64,000 bases of DNA from Eledone cirrhosa (taxonomy: Eukaryota). The stretch spans positions 124,682,001-124,746,000 of the forward strand of contig OZ024743.1 of the NCBI GenBank assembly GCA_964016885.1, written 5' to 3'. The position numbers and the translations under genes are program-made. Positions 12,140-26,849 of this stretch are shown in pieces (the stretch's first letter is position 1; the number at the start of each line of letters is the position of its first letter). Under the pieces are notes generated by a model. It had not been told where the DNA came from. It worked only from the letters and a program-made list of their open reading frames with translations, and made no database searches.

Positions 12140-12545
12140 AAAAGCACTAAGTCCACCCTGTATGCTGATCAGGTGCCACAACAACAAAAATACTCGGGCA
12201 ATCCTGTAAAATGGTCGTGAAGGTGACACAAGAAAAAGCATCCAGTCCAATTTGTAAGGCGGTCATGCTGGTGACACGACATAAAGCGCCCAGTCCATCC
12301 TGAAAGTTGGTCATGCTAGTGACACAACAACAAGCATCAAGTCCACCTTGTTAAGTGATCACTTTGGTGACACAGTCCAAACTGTAACCTAGTTGATGTT
12401 AAGAAGGTCATCCAGCTGTAGAAACCAAACTATAATACAGATCCGTATGAATAAGACTTGGTCACCTGAACTGAATTGTCTCATAAAGTGACAACCCATT
12501 TAACCCATGCAGGCGTAGAAGATGGACATTAAGTGATGATGATTA
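12140..12545 (+). mobile_element. SINE family-B-related element with internal 53-bp repeats
   Basis: Repeated aaaagcacccagtcc..ctgtaa..ggtcatgctggtgacac units, then gaaggtcatccagctgtagaaacc and a (gat)n tail; similar to 48183-48780. Confidence 0.65.
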
Positions 12546-12682
12546 TACACACACACATATATATATTTATATATATATACATATGTATGTACTATATGGG
12601 CAACATAAATGGGGAACAATCAAAATAACAAGAAAACAATGAACTTTATGGAGGAAAAAATAATTATCAAATAAATAAGAGG

Positions 12683-12776
12683 AAGAAATAGAAAGAAGAA
12701 ATAGAAAGAAGAAATAGAAAGAAGAAATAGAAAGAAGAAATAGAAAGAAATAGAAAGAAGAAATAGAAAGAAGAAA
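12683..12776. repeat. 13-bp tandem repeat agaaatagaaaga
   Basis: About 7 copies. Confidence 0.9.
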
Positions 12777-13372
12777 GATAAATGACGAAAATTAAAGATA
12801 ATATAAAAGAAACAAAGATACCCAACTGTTATACCATTATTATTATAAAGATTTAATTAACCATTCATCATATTTTGTCCTTTACACAAGTAATCTAATG
12901 CAGTCACACACAGATACACATACATACACACCTCTTCTTGTAACGCTGCCTCAGAGCCTACAGTACTTCATTATCATTGTTATTATTATCATCTCTGGCA
13001 TACTGTCAAACAACCTCTTAAAAAAAAGAAAAAAAAAATTTTTTTTTTAAAATGTCAACAAGTGATTGGAATTGAAAGTAAGATGTGGTGGAGGTGGGGG
13101 GTTAGGCAAAAAGTGGGTGAGTGGTATAATAATAATAATAATAATAATGGTATTAACTATAACGATGCAATGATGAGGGATAATATAAATAGGGTTGCTT
13201 GTTATTTGTGTGGGTGGCGGTGGTGGTGGTGGTGGTGGTGGTCGTGGTCGTGGTATGGTGTTGAGTGTAACATGTAATATAATCTTTTGATATTGTTGTT
13301 GTCGAATGAGACAGACAAACAGAGAGACATATGGAGAGTGTGTGAGAGAGAGAGAGATAGATAGATAGACAG

Positions 13373-13428
<56 letters not shown>

Positions 13429-14037
13429 AAGAAATAAAGTTTAAACTGAATGAACAAAATCATTTTTGGTTAATTAAATGAAATGGTCAGTCTAATAATA
13501 ATAATAATAATAATAATAATCGTTAAAATGATTTCAATAATAATAATAATTGTAATAATAATAATAATATTACAATAAAAAAAACAAAAAAAAAACAGAG
13601 TTAGTGACTGCTACTAGGAGGAACCACTAACCAATACAATAAAAATATTAAAATAAACACATTTATAACTAAAACAAAAAATAAACAAAAATAGAAAGAG
13701 GAGGACAATTGTTACTTATGTTCCCAAAATGAACACATTTTTTGCTGATTGTGTAATGTGTGGAGTTTTTTTTTAATTTTTTTTTTTTAAATTCAACCTT
13801 TTAATTTTTTTTTATATATTTTTTTCAAATTTTTATTCAACTTTTTTATTGTGATAAATTATTTCTTGACAGATAGGAGTATGACAATTGTGGTTGTGTG
13901 TGTGTGTATATGTGGGGGGGGGTGTATACATGTGTTTTTTTTTGCTTGTTTCTTTTTTTTCAAGTTCCACAAATAATATACCCACAGTATCATATAATAT
14001 ACATGATGAAAAAGACATTATATATATATATATATAC

Positions 14038-14093
<56 letters not shown>

Positions 14094-14972
14094 TTATATA
14101 TACATATATATATTATAATTATGTATATATATATCTATATATATAATGGGTGTGTATATATATATATATATAAATATATATATACACATATATATTACAT
14201 ATCTATTATACATATATATATTATACATGTGTGTATATATATTTGCATATATGTATGCATGTATGTAAAATGTCTCTCAGTGCACGTCTTTATGTTTAAT
14301 ATGATTATGATTCAAAGCAAATTGGTAGAAGTTTTTTTTCTTTTTTTCATAAGGAAATGAATATTTTAAAAAAAGCAATAAAAAATTGATTTAGGATTAT
14401 CTTAAAAAGGTGTTTTACTTTGATTTATTTTTTCTTTTTTTTCCTTGTTTTTTTGTTTTTTGTTATTCCAGTTTTTTGTTTTTTTGTTTTTTCTTGAAGC
14501 AGCATTATCAAAATTTAAATTTACAGTAGGGATATCGCTTAGATTATCTGCTCAATAGTTTGGGATTAAATTGTTTGCTTGATGTCTTGGGATTTTTTTC
14601 ATATATACATATATATATATATATAGATATATAGATATATATGCCTATTAATATTGGGGTGTATGTGTGTGTGTGGAAACAGGATAATGGGAAGGGGAAT
14701 GACAAAATTTGGCCCCAATTTCAGTAAAGGAAAAGTAAATTTGAAGACCGAATGAATTGGAAAGGAAATTTGTACAGTTCGGTCTTGTGGTGTTGCTATG
14801 GACACAGCAACTGCGGAAGAGGTTTTCTTTTGTTTTGTTTTTTTTTTTGTTCTTTTTTAGTTCTGTTTTGTTTTAAATTATTATTATTATTTTTATTATT
14901 TTCTTTTCTTTCTGGCAGTAGTGTGTGGGTTATGTTCTGTGTATGTGTATGTGTGATTGAAATATCAATAGT

Positions 14973-15141
14973 TCACCGTAAAAGTTCTTTTTGATTAGAG
15001 AGGATAAGTTCTGTAACTGTTTGCTCCAGCTTGACAGCCATAAGGCTAGCTGTGGCATCTGGTGATCTCATCAATGTCGGAGCGAATACTATGGCAAGAT
15101 TCTCTGGACTCATCATATTTTTACTTTGTTGTTCAATCACA
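14973..15141 (-). CDS. CHN1: Chimaerin last coding exon
   Basis: [55 protein letters not shown]; RhoGAP NxM..NLAIVFxPTL motif. Confidence 0.95.
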
Positions 15142-18100
15142 CTGTTTGGTTGTGGTGGTGTAGTAGTAGTAGAAGAGAGAAACAGAAACAATGTTTAAGA
15201 TTCATTAAACAAGCACAAAATATTACAGAATAAAGATACTGTATATACTTGGATGTAAGTCACACTTACATTTTATATACAACATTTACAATGTACCATA
15301 TATTTTGAATTGAGGATTTGTAGCTCATACATGCCATATTTTTGTGGCAAAAGATACTACTTATAGACATGAAATTACTTCTCTCATAGCCCACCCAACC
15401 CAGCATCAAAATAATGGTAAATGTATACAACAAATATAAACTAACCATGACACACCACTCAAAATACAATCACTCAGCTACAAATACCATGGTTAACACA
15501 ATTAATTAGTCTCTTTAACCATTTAATAATACAACATACCCATATTAACAAACTAAACAGCACAGACAAATACAGAAAATTAATGCAGACAATATATTAT
15601 ATACCCTCTACAATCAAACACATTTTACTTACATTAAACATGCCTTAAAAAATAAGAAACCATTTTACTCCTTCCTTAATTAAAACCTTAGCTATACTAA
15701 TACTACACCAAACTAATTAAATCAAGAGAGAAACCTTTCATAATGTAATGAAAACAAACACACTATACTGGCACTAAGAGGACAAACTTCATCAAGCCAC
15801 AATGAGTGTATATGGTATTTACAGTTCAAAGAAAGATATTCATATTTTCAAATTATTGAACAATAACAATGGCTTCTAATTTAGGCACAAGCCCAGCAGT
15901 TTTAGAGGATGGAGAATAATCCATCAAATTGACACCTGTACTTGACAGATACTTTATTGACTCCAGAGGGATGAGAAGCAAATCTGACCCTGGCTAGATT
16001 TTAATTCAGAACACAAAGAGACATAACTAAACACTACAAGGTCTAACACATTTAATAATTTCTAACATTGATACAAGGGGCTTTAGTCAATTAAATTGAC
16101 CCCACAACTTGACTGGTATTTTAGTTAATTGATCCTGGAAGGAGAAAAAGCAAAGATAACCATGACAGGACATAAGCTTCAAACATAAAGAGACATAACT
16201 AAATAAGGTATTTTATCCATGCTTTAACAGTTCTGCTAATCCTTTCTAAAATTGGCACAAGTCCAGCAATTTGGGGAAAGGGAAAAGCTGAGTAAATCAA
16301 CCCCAGTACTTTACTGGTACTTTATTTTATAGACACGAGAAGGATGAAAGGCAAAGTTAACTTTGGCAGGGTTTAAACTAAGAATGTAGAAAATCATAAC
16401 TAAATAGAGTAAAGCATTTTGTTCAATGTTCTAACAATTCTGCCAATCCACTGCCTTTAACAATGGTTTCCGATTTAAGTACAAGGCCAACTTTTTTTGA
16501 AGGTGGAGGGGTTGGGGGTCCGATTAAATCGTCACCAGTGTGTTACTGGTACTTTATTTTGTCGGCCCCGTAAGGATGAAATACAAAGATAACCTTTGAA
16601 GAATTTGAACTCAGAACGTAAAGGGTCGTAACTACATGCCATAAAGCATGTTGTTTGACGCTTTCCCGATACTGCCAATCCACACCTTTAATAATAATAT
16701 GACGAAATAAATCTAACTAAAAACAAACAACAACAAAACCTAAACTAAGCTTTGTATTAATGAAGTCAGTGATAATATATTTAATTAATTAATGTCATGG
16801 TAAAACACACTTGGTACACTCTGTAAAGTGGTTGGTAATAGTAAAAGTGTCAAGCTGCAGAAGACTTGCTAAATTAAGTGTCGAGAGGTATCTTCAATTG
16901 TGTCAAAGACATGGCAACCTCCTTGGGGTTAGTGCATTTTGTATAGTGTGAGAACATATGTAAGCGTCTGAGAGGTCAAGCTCAGGAAAGCACTGATTTG
17001 GTCTATGACACTCCATCTAACCCTTGTTAAGTGGCAATGGCAGTCTTGGTTTCATGATAAAATGCACCTAGCATATTTTATAAAAATGGTTGGCGTTAAG
17101 AAGGGTGGGTATCCAGCAGTAGAAACCATGCCCAAAACTGGAACATATTAGCAAGTTGTCTTATTTTGGATGATGACAACACTTTCAAGCCAAGCCAGCA
17201 TTCAAATAAAATGAGTCGATTGGCGTAAACATACCTAAAGGGAGATAACTCTCTAAAAACGATAACATCCATTTAACAGGCGAAATAAGCCATTGAACAA
17301 TCGATAAATGAGTACTAGACTAGCATTCTTGAGTCAATGTTGTTGTTGGCCCTCTGTCGGTTCCGACGAGTGTTACACTTGATACAATCAACAAAACTGC
17401 CTGCTCAAGAAATTAATGTGCAAGTGACCGAACTTTCCACAGACGTAGTTCCCAGATAAATTCAGAGTGTGACAAGGCCAGTCTTTGAATTACAGGTACA
17501 ACTCATTTTTGCCAGCTGAGTAATCTGAAGCAACATGAAATAATGTTTTGCTCAAGGAGACAACATGCGAATTGAAGTTACGACCTTACAATCATCAGCT
17601 GAAAACCCTAACCACTAAGCCATATGCATTCACCTAGAGCCAATATAATTGGCTAAAACCTTTCAAAGCTCACAGGGCTTCAGGTCTAATGATTGAAACT
17701 AGTGAAAAGGAAAAAAAAAAAAAAATTTAAAATAATGAGCTCAGATACCAGCCAGCGAGTCATTGAAACTAGGAAATAAAATAGAAGGTAATAAAATGAA
17801 CTTACCGATCTAGATGAGCCATTAAATATTTTAGAGTTTGGTAATGAGCTGGTTGTAACAAATGTAAAGCTTCTTTGATCATTTGCAATTTTTCTTTTTC
17901 TTTCAACCCAGGTTTTTCTAGAAATAAAACAGACAGCAGAAGGATAATTAAACTGGGAACTATAATTATTTTTTTAATTAATTTATTCATATAATGTATA
18001 CCCTAGTTTTAGAAATAGTTGCACCATGTCTCTGCATGTTCTAAGAAGCAACTAAACAGATGTTGACAAAAAGAGCATATAGTTGTATAACACTGCCTCA

Positions 18101-21100
18101 AAAAATCCCCCCGACCCATGCTAACATGGAAAAATGGACGTTGATAAGGATGATAATGATGATGACGGAGGCGACGATCATGTTGATGATTCATGAAAGC
18201 AGGGTTGAAATATCAAATTCTCATTGTTGAGTATAAGGTCATTGCTGCTGTTTAACCACAAGTCAATCCTGATTCAGCAGATGTATAATTAAAGGCTTTC
18301 CATCTTATCATTGTTTTTTTTAAAGGCATAATGTATCTAAGAATACAGTATCCAATAATGTTCTTCCTTTTTGAAGAGTGTAGGTTGTGATTTGAGGAAA
18401 ATTTGGCTATTTCAAAAAACTTTAGCAATTACATAGAGGCTTCCTCCTCTACTTAATGAGTATAGGTGGTTTAGCCCAAGGTCAGCCTTGACTGAGTAAA
18501 GCCATGATCAAAGATGCTCCAGCCCATGTACATCCCATCTTTTTGTATATCTAGGACTACATTGTCCAACGTGTTTAATATATTTTAAGATGGTATGATG
18601 TGGTTCAAGAGTGATGGCTGTTGTTTTTAGTTGGTTAAGTAGTTATATAGAGATTCCCTAAGTTTAAATTATTCATGCTGTTAATAGCACAAGTTACTAC
18701 TTGATGCATCCTTGTTTAGTATTGTCTGTATTGTGAATTATAAGTTACTGTCTAGCCCCAGGTCATTTCTGATGGAAGAGCAAGATATACGGTCAAAATT
18801 GTGTGTTGGGAGTTGTTTGGCCCCAGGTCAGCCTTGACAGAACAAAACACACTTATGATCAAAGACTAATTTAGCTATTATAACCATATTGTTTTTTTCT
18901 TTTAGAATAGTGTACCTTGAACAACATTATACACTGTGTCTTTTTATAAGACAGTTTGTTTTGAGAGAGATTTGTTTGCTATTGTTAGCAGGTTGAGCAA
19001 CCATGTAGTTGGAAGTAGATGGAAAACAAACAATTTTCAGTGAAAATTAGATTTGATCTGATTAAGTTAATGTGAGGATAAAGGGATAAAGTTTAGGGTC
19101 AGTTTTAAAGGAAGCAGTAGTGAATGGATGTCAAAGCAATGACAATAAAGTGATGATGTTTTGATTTTTTTTAGTCAAGGTAGGAAAAGGTAGTGCCTAT
19201 CACACTTTTCAAGACTTCCAAGACTGGTGGAGATTGAGAAGAAGGTATCCTCAAACCAGAGACCTGCTCCGAATGCTTGCAACAAAGTGGTTTCAATTAA
19301 AAGCACCCAAAAACATGGTCAGGGTGTGAAACTGGGTGAGAGATTATGTCCTCCACTAATGTAGGCCATCGCAAGATTTGAATTCAGAATTCAAAAAACT
19401 GGAACAAATACAGCAAGGCATCTCATCCAACACTAACAATTCCACCAATCATCACCCTGGAATGGTATTTATTTTACTGATCTGAAAGGATGAAAGCCAA
19501 AAGTTGGCCCTCAGCAGGATTTTAACTAAGAGCAGAGAAAGAGAGAGACACAGAACAAATACCACAACATAGTTTGTCCTATGCTCTAACAACTCAGTCA
19601 ATTCACTGCCTATAATGATATGAAAGTGATAAATAATAAATAATTGTTTCTACTTTTTGGCACAAGGCCAGCAATTACCCAGTACATTACTGGTACTTTA
19701 TTTTATCGACCCCGTAAGGATGAAAGGCAAAGTTAACCTCGGCGGGATTTGAACTCAGAATGGCAAGGCCGTAACTATACGTCAAAGCATGGCGTCCGAC
19801 CCTCTACCGATACTGCCAATTCACCAAAGTGATAAATAATAAATAATAACTTACGGACAGCCTCTAGTAGCTTTGGATATGATTCAAAAGAAATAAGTGG
19901 AATGGGCAGTAATCGGAAATATAATTTCAGCACACTGGTCAGAGTGTTAACATCTTCAAGTCGGGATTCACTAATATCAGTATTTTCACCATCTGACACA
20001 AGAAAAAGAGGAAAATAACAAGAAAAAATTAATTAGCATTTCATCAAACTTTCCTTTTTGACAATTTAACAAAATTTTCATATAATTGATAATTATTGTG
20101 TACAGTGCTCAGGTGCACTACAACTCATCAAAGGTGCATGTATAGTACATAGAATAATGTACAAATGTCAGGAAAGTGAACAGTGTAAGAGTCATGATAT
20201 ACATGTGTGCGTGTCTTTTCTAAAGCCAATAACTCATCTGTAAATTGACAATGGCCAAACCATGACCATCCAGTTTTTTTGTGGGGTTTTCTTTTAACTA
20301 TGTAGGCTTACATTATCTAATGTGTCCTCATCTTACTTAGTATTTTGTGATTTGAGAAATATTTGGTTTCTGTTTCTAGGGGATCAAGTAACCATTTAGC
20401 AGTTTCCTGGTGGAATTAGTTGACTGGAAATAAGGGTCATATCTTTTCTAAGGTGACACAAAACAATGAAGGTAGGAAGTGTTTCAGCTAGGTTGAATGA
20501 CAACACAATAAGAGTTTTTAGAAAGATTAACTGGGACAACTAGAGTAATGAAACGAAAATGAAATTTACAGCTCACACCTATGCAGTTTTAGCTCCCCCC
20601 CCCCCCCCCCCCCACCAGATTGTATCTTATAGGAGACTGCTCAGATATTTTAAAGAAATGTCTTGCTCAAGAACTCAACGTGCTGTCAGATCCAGGAGTT
20701 GAATCCACAACCTTATGACCATGAGTCTAATGACTAAGCTGCACGACTTTCACCTAGAGTAATGTATCTTTTCTAAATGTAAAAATCCCACGAGAGACTT
20801 CCATTATTAATATTTGACATCTCTGTAACAGAAGCATAACACTTCACCTCCACTATCCACAACAACCAAAATAGCTTTGATTGATTTTTGTTTTTATTTT
20901 CAATTTCAATTATCGTTTAAAATTATATATACTTTAGTGAAATAAATATAATACATATAATTTAACATTGTATGGAGGCGCATGGCTTAGTGGTTAGAGC
21001 ATTGGCCTTGCAATCGAAAGGTTGTGAGTTCAATTCTCAGACCAGGTGATGTGTTGTGTCCTTGAGCAAGAGACTTTATTTCACATTGCTCCAGTTTACT

Positions 21101-24100
21101 CAGCTGTAGAAATGAGATGATAGGACTGGGGTCCCTATCATTTCACTGCAAAGTGGTCGTGGAGGTGCCACGGCAAAAAAGCACCCAGCCCACACTGTAA
21201 AGTGGACGTGTAAGCGCCACGGAAAAAAGCACCCAACACTCACTGTAAATGAGGTTGGTGTTAGGAAGGGCATCCAGCTGTAGAAATCAAGCCAGAATCA
21301 GTTCTCGTCCCACCCTTGCAAGCAGGGAAAAGCGGACATAAAATGATGATGATGATGATGATGATGATAATTTAACATGTATACAAAATCAGAAAATCCA
21401 GACATCTTTCCAATTAATTTTCACTTCTTCATTTTATTTTCCCATTTTAATCCAAAGTCCCCTTCCCCAGATGGTGTGAAGTTTGCTTATCTCATTTTCC
21501 ACAGCAAGGGTATCCAAGTTTTTAGAATAGGTGCACTTAGTTATACCTGCATGTTGTAATAATGATAATAATAATGGAAATATTGTGTACAGTGCTCAGG
21601 TGCACTACAACTCATCAAAAGTGTAAGAAATGACTAAAAGGGGTGGTGCCAGGAAAGACATCCATCTGTAAAATATTGCTTCAAAAAGTCATGTACAACT
21701 CATGCCAGCATGGAAAAGAGAGGAAATAAGAATGAAGACGATGGGAGAAGCATGTTCTACTGGAGAGGATGCTATTATACAGCAGGTTTGGATCCAAGAT
21801 CAACTGAAGATCATCAGAAACTTTTCAAATCAATTTATCCAAAATATAGTGAATTCATGCAATTATATTAACATTATTGATAAGCCCGAGCAAGACCAGG
21901 AACAGCATCTAGGTTTTAATATTTATTTACTTTAACCCTTTAGCATTTAAACAGACCATATCTTTCTGTTCAAACTAGCTGTAACCGACCACTCATACTG
22001 ATGTTAAGGTATTTTTCTCAAAATAAATATCAAAATCTCATAGATTCGATATTATGTAAGATAATTATGTAAAGTAAAGCCTTTACTGTGAAAATATAAT
22101 AGTAAATATAGGATAATGTAAATGCTAAAGGGTTAAAGGCACAGATACAATTAATTTGAAAACTGAAAATACACTGTTGAATAGAAAATCATATGAAATG
22201 CTCACCTCTATCAAATTCCATGCGAACAGCCTCTATATCATCATGGAAACCTGCTACTCTGTACATTCCTTCAAAATCTACACCTATAGCATTCAATAGA
22301 AACAATAAAACAGTCATCAAATCTGAAATAGCTTAAGACTGACATAAATTAATCTTCATGTTTATGGCCACCAAAGGAACCAAAGGCCAGGTGGTCATAT
22401 TGTGTGGGGTGACAGATTAAGTCTACAACCCAAGAACTCAGAACACAAAGAACCAGATGAGATACTGCAAGGCATCTCATTTGATGTTCTAACAATTTTG
22501 ACAATCCACAACCCTAGTAGACTGGTATTTTATTTTATTCACCACAAAAGATTGAAAGGCAAAGTTGACCTTACTGGGATTTGAACTCAGAGCACAAAGA
22601 TCGAGGACAAACACCATAAGATATTTTGTCATACATTCTAATGGCTCAGCCAATCCACTGTCATTTTATTTTAAAGCAGAAGTTCTCAAACTTTTAGCCC
22701 CCACCCCTATTTTCAGAGAGACCTACCTACAAGTAAATTGTAAAATTGTAAATAATATATACTATATATAAATAAATATTATATATTTTTTTATTTTACT
22801 ATATTCATTTATAACATGTATTATTTGATATTTAATATACTATTATATCATCTCTACTGTACCCTCTGGACCGGCTCAATGTCCTCCAGAGGGCGGTAGC
22901 ACCCACTTTAAGAACCTCTATTTTAAAGGAATTAAAAAAGGTTAACACTGAAGACATGATTTCTTACCTCTGTGTTCAATTTCTTTAATACATTTTTCCA
23001 CCACAATAGGAATTGGTGTGTTTTGAGCTTTAACAACTGTTGTCAAATCGGCGCCAAACAGTCTTTTAACATATTTCATGTCCGGCATGCAGTCATTTGG
23101 GACTCTTTCAGAACACTTTTTATGTGCTTCAAACCCACAATCTATAATTAAAAAGGTAAAAACAAACACAAATTTAAAACAAACAAATATCATTAATTCA
23201 AAGATTCCCAATGATGTGAATTGTGGTTGTATGAAACCATGTAGTTATGAAGCAAACTTCTTAACCCCAGATTCATGTTTAAATATAGTTTTGTTAGGTA
23301 CAGGTTAACAATGATAGTATCTATAAGTTTACTCTGCTTGTCATAAAATGTGTTTCAGTGTTACACTTTCAGCAATCTTAATCCTTTCGCTACTATATTT
23401 CTAATGAATGATATTGTCTACAATATTCAAACCATTTTCAAAATAATCAAGAATTAGGAGGGATTTAGTAACATAACTAACTTTCTCATTATTAAGCTGG
23501 CTTTTGGAACATAACTTAAAGCTTCTTATCTAACATTATGCTGGAAGGATTTTAGATAAATTTAAACATTTTAAAACAAACAACTTTGTATCAGAGAACT
23601 ATGGGTGGTTTCAAGTGATTTGTTAACAAAAGGGTTAACTATGGAACAAAAACTGAAGACATAGCCTAAATCTAACAATAAAAATAAGTTTAAATGTCAT
23701 GCTATAGAATGAAATCAAACATATAGTCAAAATCTTTAACATGGTGAAACAATGTTATGAAGACCTATAAATTTGTGAGAACATTTCCAGGGGTTTCACT
23801 AGTAAATCATAAGCAAAAAATAAACACAAGAAAAGGGCAGCACAACAATCTGCTGAGCAAAAATGGGATCTTAAAAATTTCATAACAAAAAATTGCCTTA
23901 AATCCATCCATTTACAGGCTTAAGCAACTACAACCTGCTTAGTAGATAATAGTCATTTTACATTTGCTTTCAATCTTGCCATGGGTTAGATGGGTTATCA
24001 TGATTGAATCAGTTCTTATATTCCTAGACAGATCAGAGAACCATGTTTTGTTAATACGTTCAATTTTTATGTGGTTTTTATGGCTTCATGCTCTTCCTAA

Positions 24101-26807
24101 CACCAACCACTATATAGATGCATTTTATTGTGGCACAAGCTCTAGAGAAGTTATGTCCTATAAAGGGTTTTCTCAACCCTACATTATTTGCTCGCCAACC
24201 ACTTTACAGAGTGTACAGGGTACATAATCCTACTTAATAATTCAAACTCATCTGTAAGTGATTATAATGTTACACAAACATCCAAACTATATAATAGCTG
24301 TTTGCTATTACAAGAATAATTATTGTTTTAGCTACAATGACAAAATTATCAGCACAGAAGATGTAGTCTTCAAGGGAGGCCTATGATAATTAAATTTCAT
24401 TTTATTTTTACTGCAGAAAGATTATTCTACACATTGCTACAAAGGAGACATTATTCTAGACTCTTCAGTTCATCTCCATGGAAGCCACATTCAGTTAAAC
24501 TGCAGTTAAACTACATTGTAGACATTTCTATATTCCTCTATTAACAATTCTGGTTTATCAGTATTACACCTATACATTTCTAAATCTTAAATCTTCATAC
24601 CAACTTTTTTTTTGGAGGGGGGGGGGGGGTTTAAAGGAGAAGACATCCACAAATGGAGATCTCACCTGAATGCTTGTAACAGAATAAATTCCACTACAAG
24701 CACCCAAGTATCAGGTGGTGATAAAAGACCAGGTAACAGATGAAGTCTACCATCTAAGTAGGTCACAGTGGATTTGAATTCAGACTACAAAGATCTGAAA
24801 CAAAGAGCATCTCTTTTGATACTTTAATAATTTTGCCAATCTATCACACTGGATGAGCAAGAGATGATCACCTGACCTTACATTGCCAACAACAGGACAA
24901 CTCATGCCAGTGTGGAAAAATGGATGTAAAATGATGATGACCCTGAGCAGATGAAAGGCAAAGTTCTCCTTAGTGGGATTTGAACTCATAGTGCAGAGAA
25001 CTGGAGCAAATACTGTTAGGCATTTTTTCCCATGGCGTAACACATCAGGCAATTTGCCACATAATTAAATAACAAATGCCATCTAAATTAAAATTAAATT
25101 TAAATCTGCTAAATACCAATTAAAAGCATAAAAAAATCTAATAATAAAGCATTTTGCCAATTTGCCACTTAATGATAAAGAAAAAGAAATCAATAAACAT
25201 TAACTAAAAAGAAAGGATGCCCATTGGTCATGACTAGCTGAACATGGGTTTGCTTCTATGAGGCACAAGCCTGGGCAAGTGTTTTGTAGAAGACAAGTAG
25301 TCATTCATGAAGCAAATCTCCCTTCACTATGACACTGATTTTGTGCAGTGGAAAGGCAAATCAGATACAGCTTAACACCAGTGTTGTCATAACTAATTTT
25401 TTTTCCAGTTGACTTGACTGGATCAATGTAAAATAAAGTGTCTTGCTCAAGGACCCAGTTCAAGAATCCAACTCACGACCTTACAACCATGAACCAAGCA
25501 TCATAACCACTAACTCACATGACTACACAAAATGAACAATTAAATAGATAAAAACTATGAAATATAGTCTGTATGTTAACCTATTAAGGGCAGCTGTTTA
25601 AAACTGCATTTTCTCAACATATCTTTTGCATTTCTAATCAGTTAACTTCAAAAGATCTTTTGTCTAGTAAAGTAGCACAAATTTGATATCTAGCAACACT
25701 GAGGTGTCTATTATATTTGGTGGATTGGCAGTATCGGTAGAGAGTCGGATGCCATGCTCTCCAGCATAGTTACGTCCCTTTGCGGTCTGAGTTCAAATCC
25801 CGCCGAGGTTAACTTTGCCTTTCATCCTTACGGGGTCGATAAAATAAAGTACCAGTAATGTACTGGGTAATTGATGGCCTTGTGCCAAAAGTAGAAACAA
25901 TTATATTTAAATTAGCTAATTTGATAGAGTGCATAGCTTGGAGATCAGCGAGTCACTCCAGGTAGAGTCGCTACTTCTCCGAATTGAGAGATCACAGCTC
26001 CGGTACTATGGGCATGTGGTTAGAATGTCTCAGGAAAGAATCACTAGACAGATTTTATGAGCAAAACCAACCAGTAGCAGACTCATGAGTAGACCCTAAT
26101 AACACCCAGTTGGAAACGGTTGTTTCTGACAGGATCCACTGGAAGGAGTGTTTGAGGACTCTACCCCCATGACCCTCTCAAGAAAAAGGAGGGGGAGGCG
26201 AAGAAGAAGAAGAAGATGATAATGATGATGAGATTAGAAGGGTATTAAGTAACAAATCACAGGTTCCCTTTCCTTTCCATTAATTTCTCATGTTAGACTG
26301 TAATTATTTGAATGAGTTTTTTGGGGCAAAAATACTCTATCAATTGGTTTAATTGACTACAAGCATAACAGTTTTTAAAATCCTACTTTACAAACTTCTA
26401 ATCATAGCATTTTGAAATCTTGAACTGTTTTGTGTGTATGTGTGTGTGCATCTGCACACATACACACAAATTTATATACAAGGTGGTGAGTTGGCAGAGT
26501 CATGAAATAAAGAGCCAGTTCAGTAGTGAAGTTGATCCTCCTCTTCCTTCCATCTTTCTCTCCCACTTCTTTCTAAAAGCACTTGACTATGTTCAGATCT
26601 TGAGAGGGATGGGCTTTGCCATGTTTATAATGCCCCATGACTTTATCAGGAATTTAAAGTTCCAAAGAAGAGATATACACTACACACACACAACACACAC
26701 ACATATATATATATATATATAGTAATAATAAATGTGAAGACTAAAATCTGAAGAGGGCTTGATAAGCAGCGATTCTTAGCTTAAACTTTAATCTGTTATT
26801 ATAATAA

Positions 26808-26849
<42 letters not shown>

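Larger units (their letters stand above)
10780..14972 (-). other. Putative long low-complexity 3'UTR of chimaerin
   Basis: Lies downstream of the stop, U-rich on the minus strand, microsatellite-rich and SINE-poor. Candidate AATAAA at 10806-10811 (minus) is followed by U-rich sequence, but more proximal AATAAA hexamers also exist. Confidence 0.4.

Noticed and set aside
10700-14360. ORFs rich in YI/CV/HT/L runs
   Set aside because: They are translations of (TA)n, (CA)n, (TAA)n and (TAG)n microsatellites; the same applies to similar ORFs elsewhere in the window.
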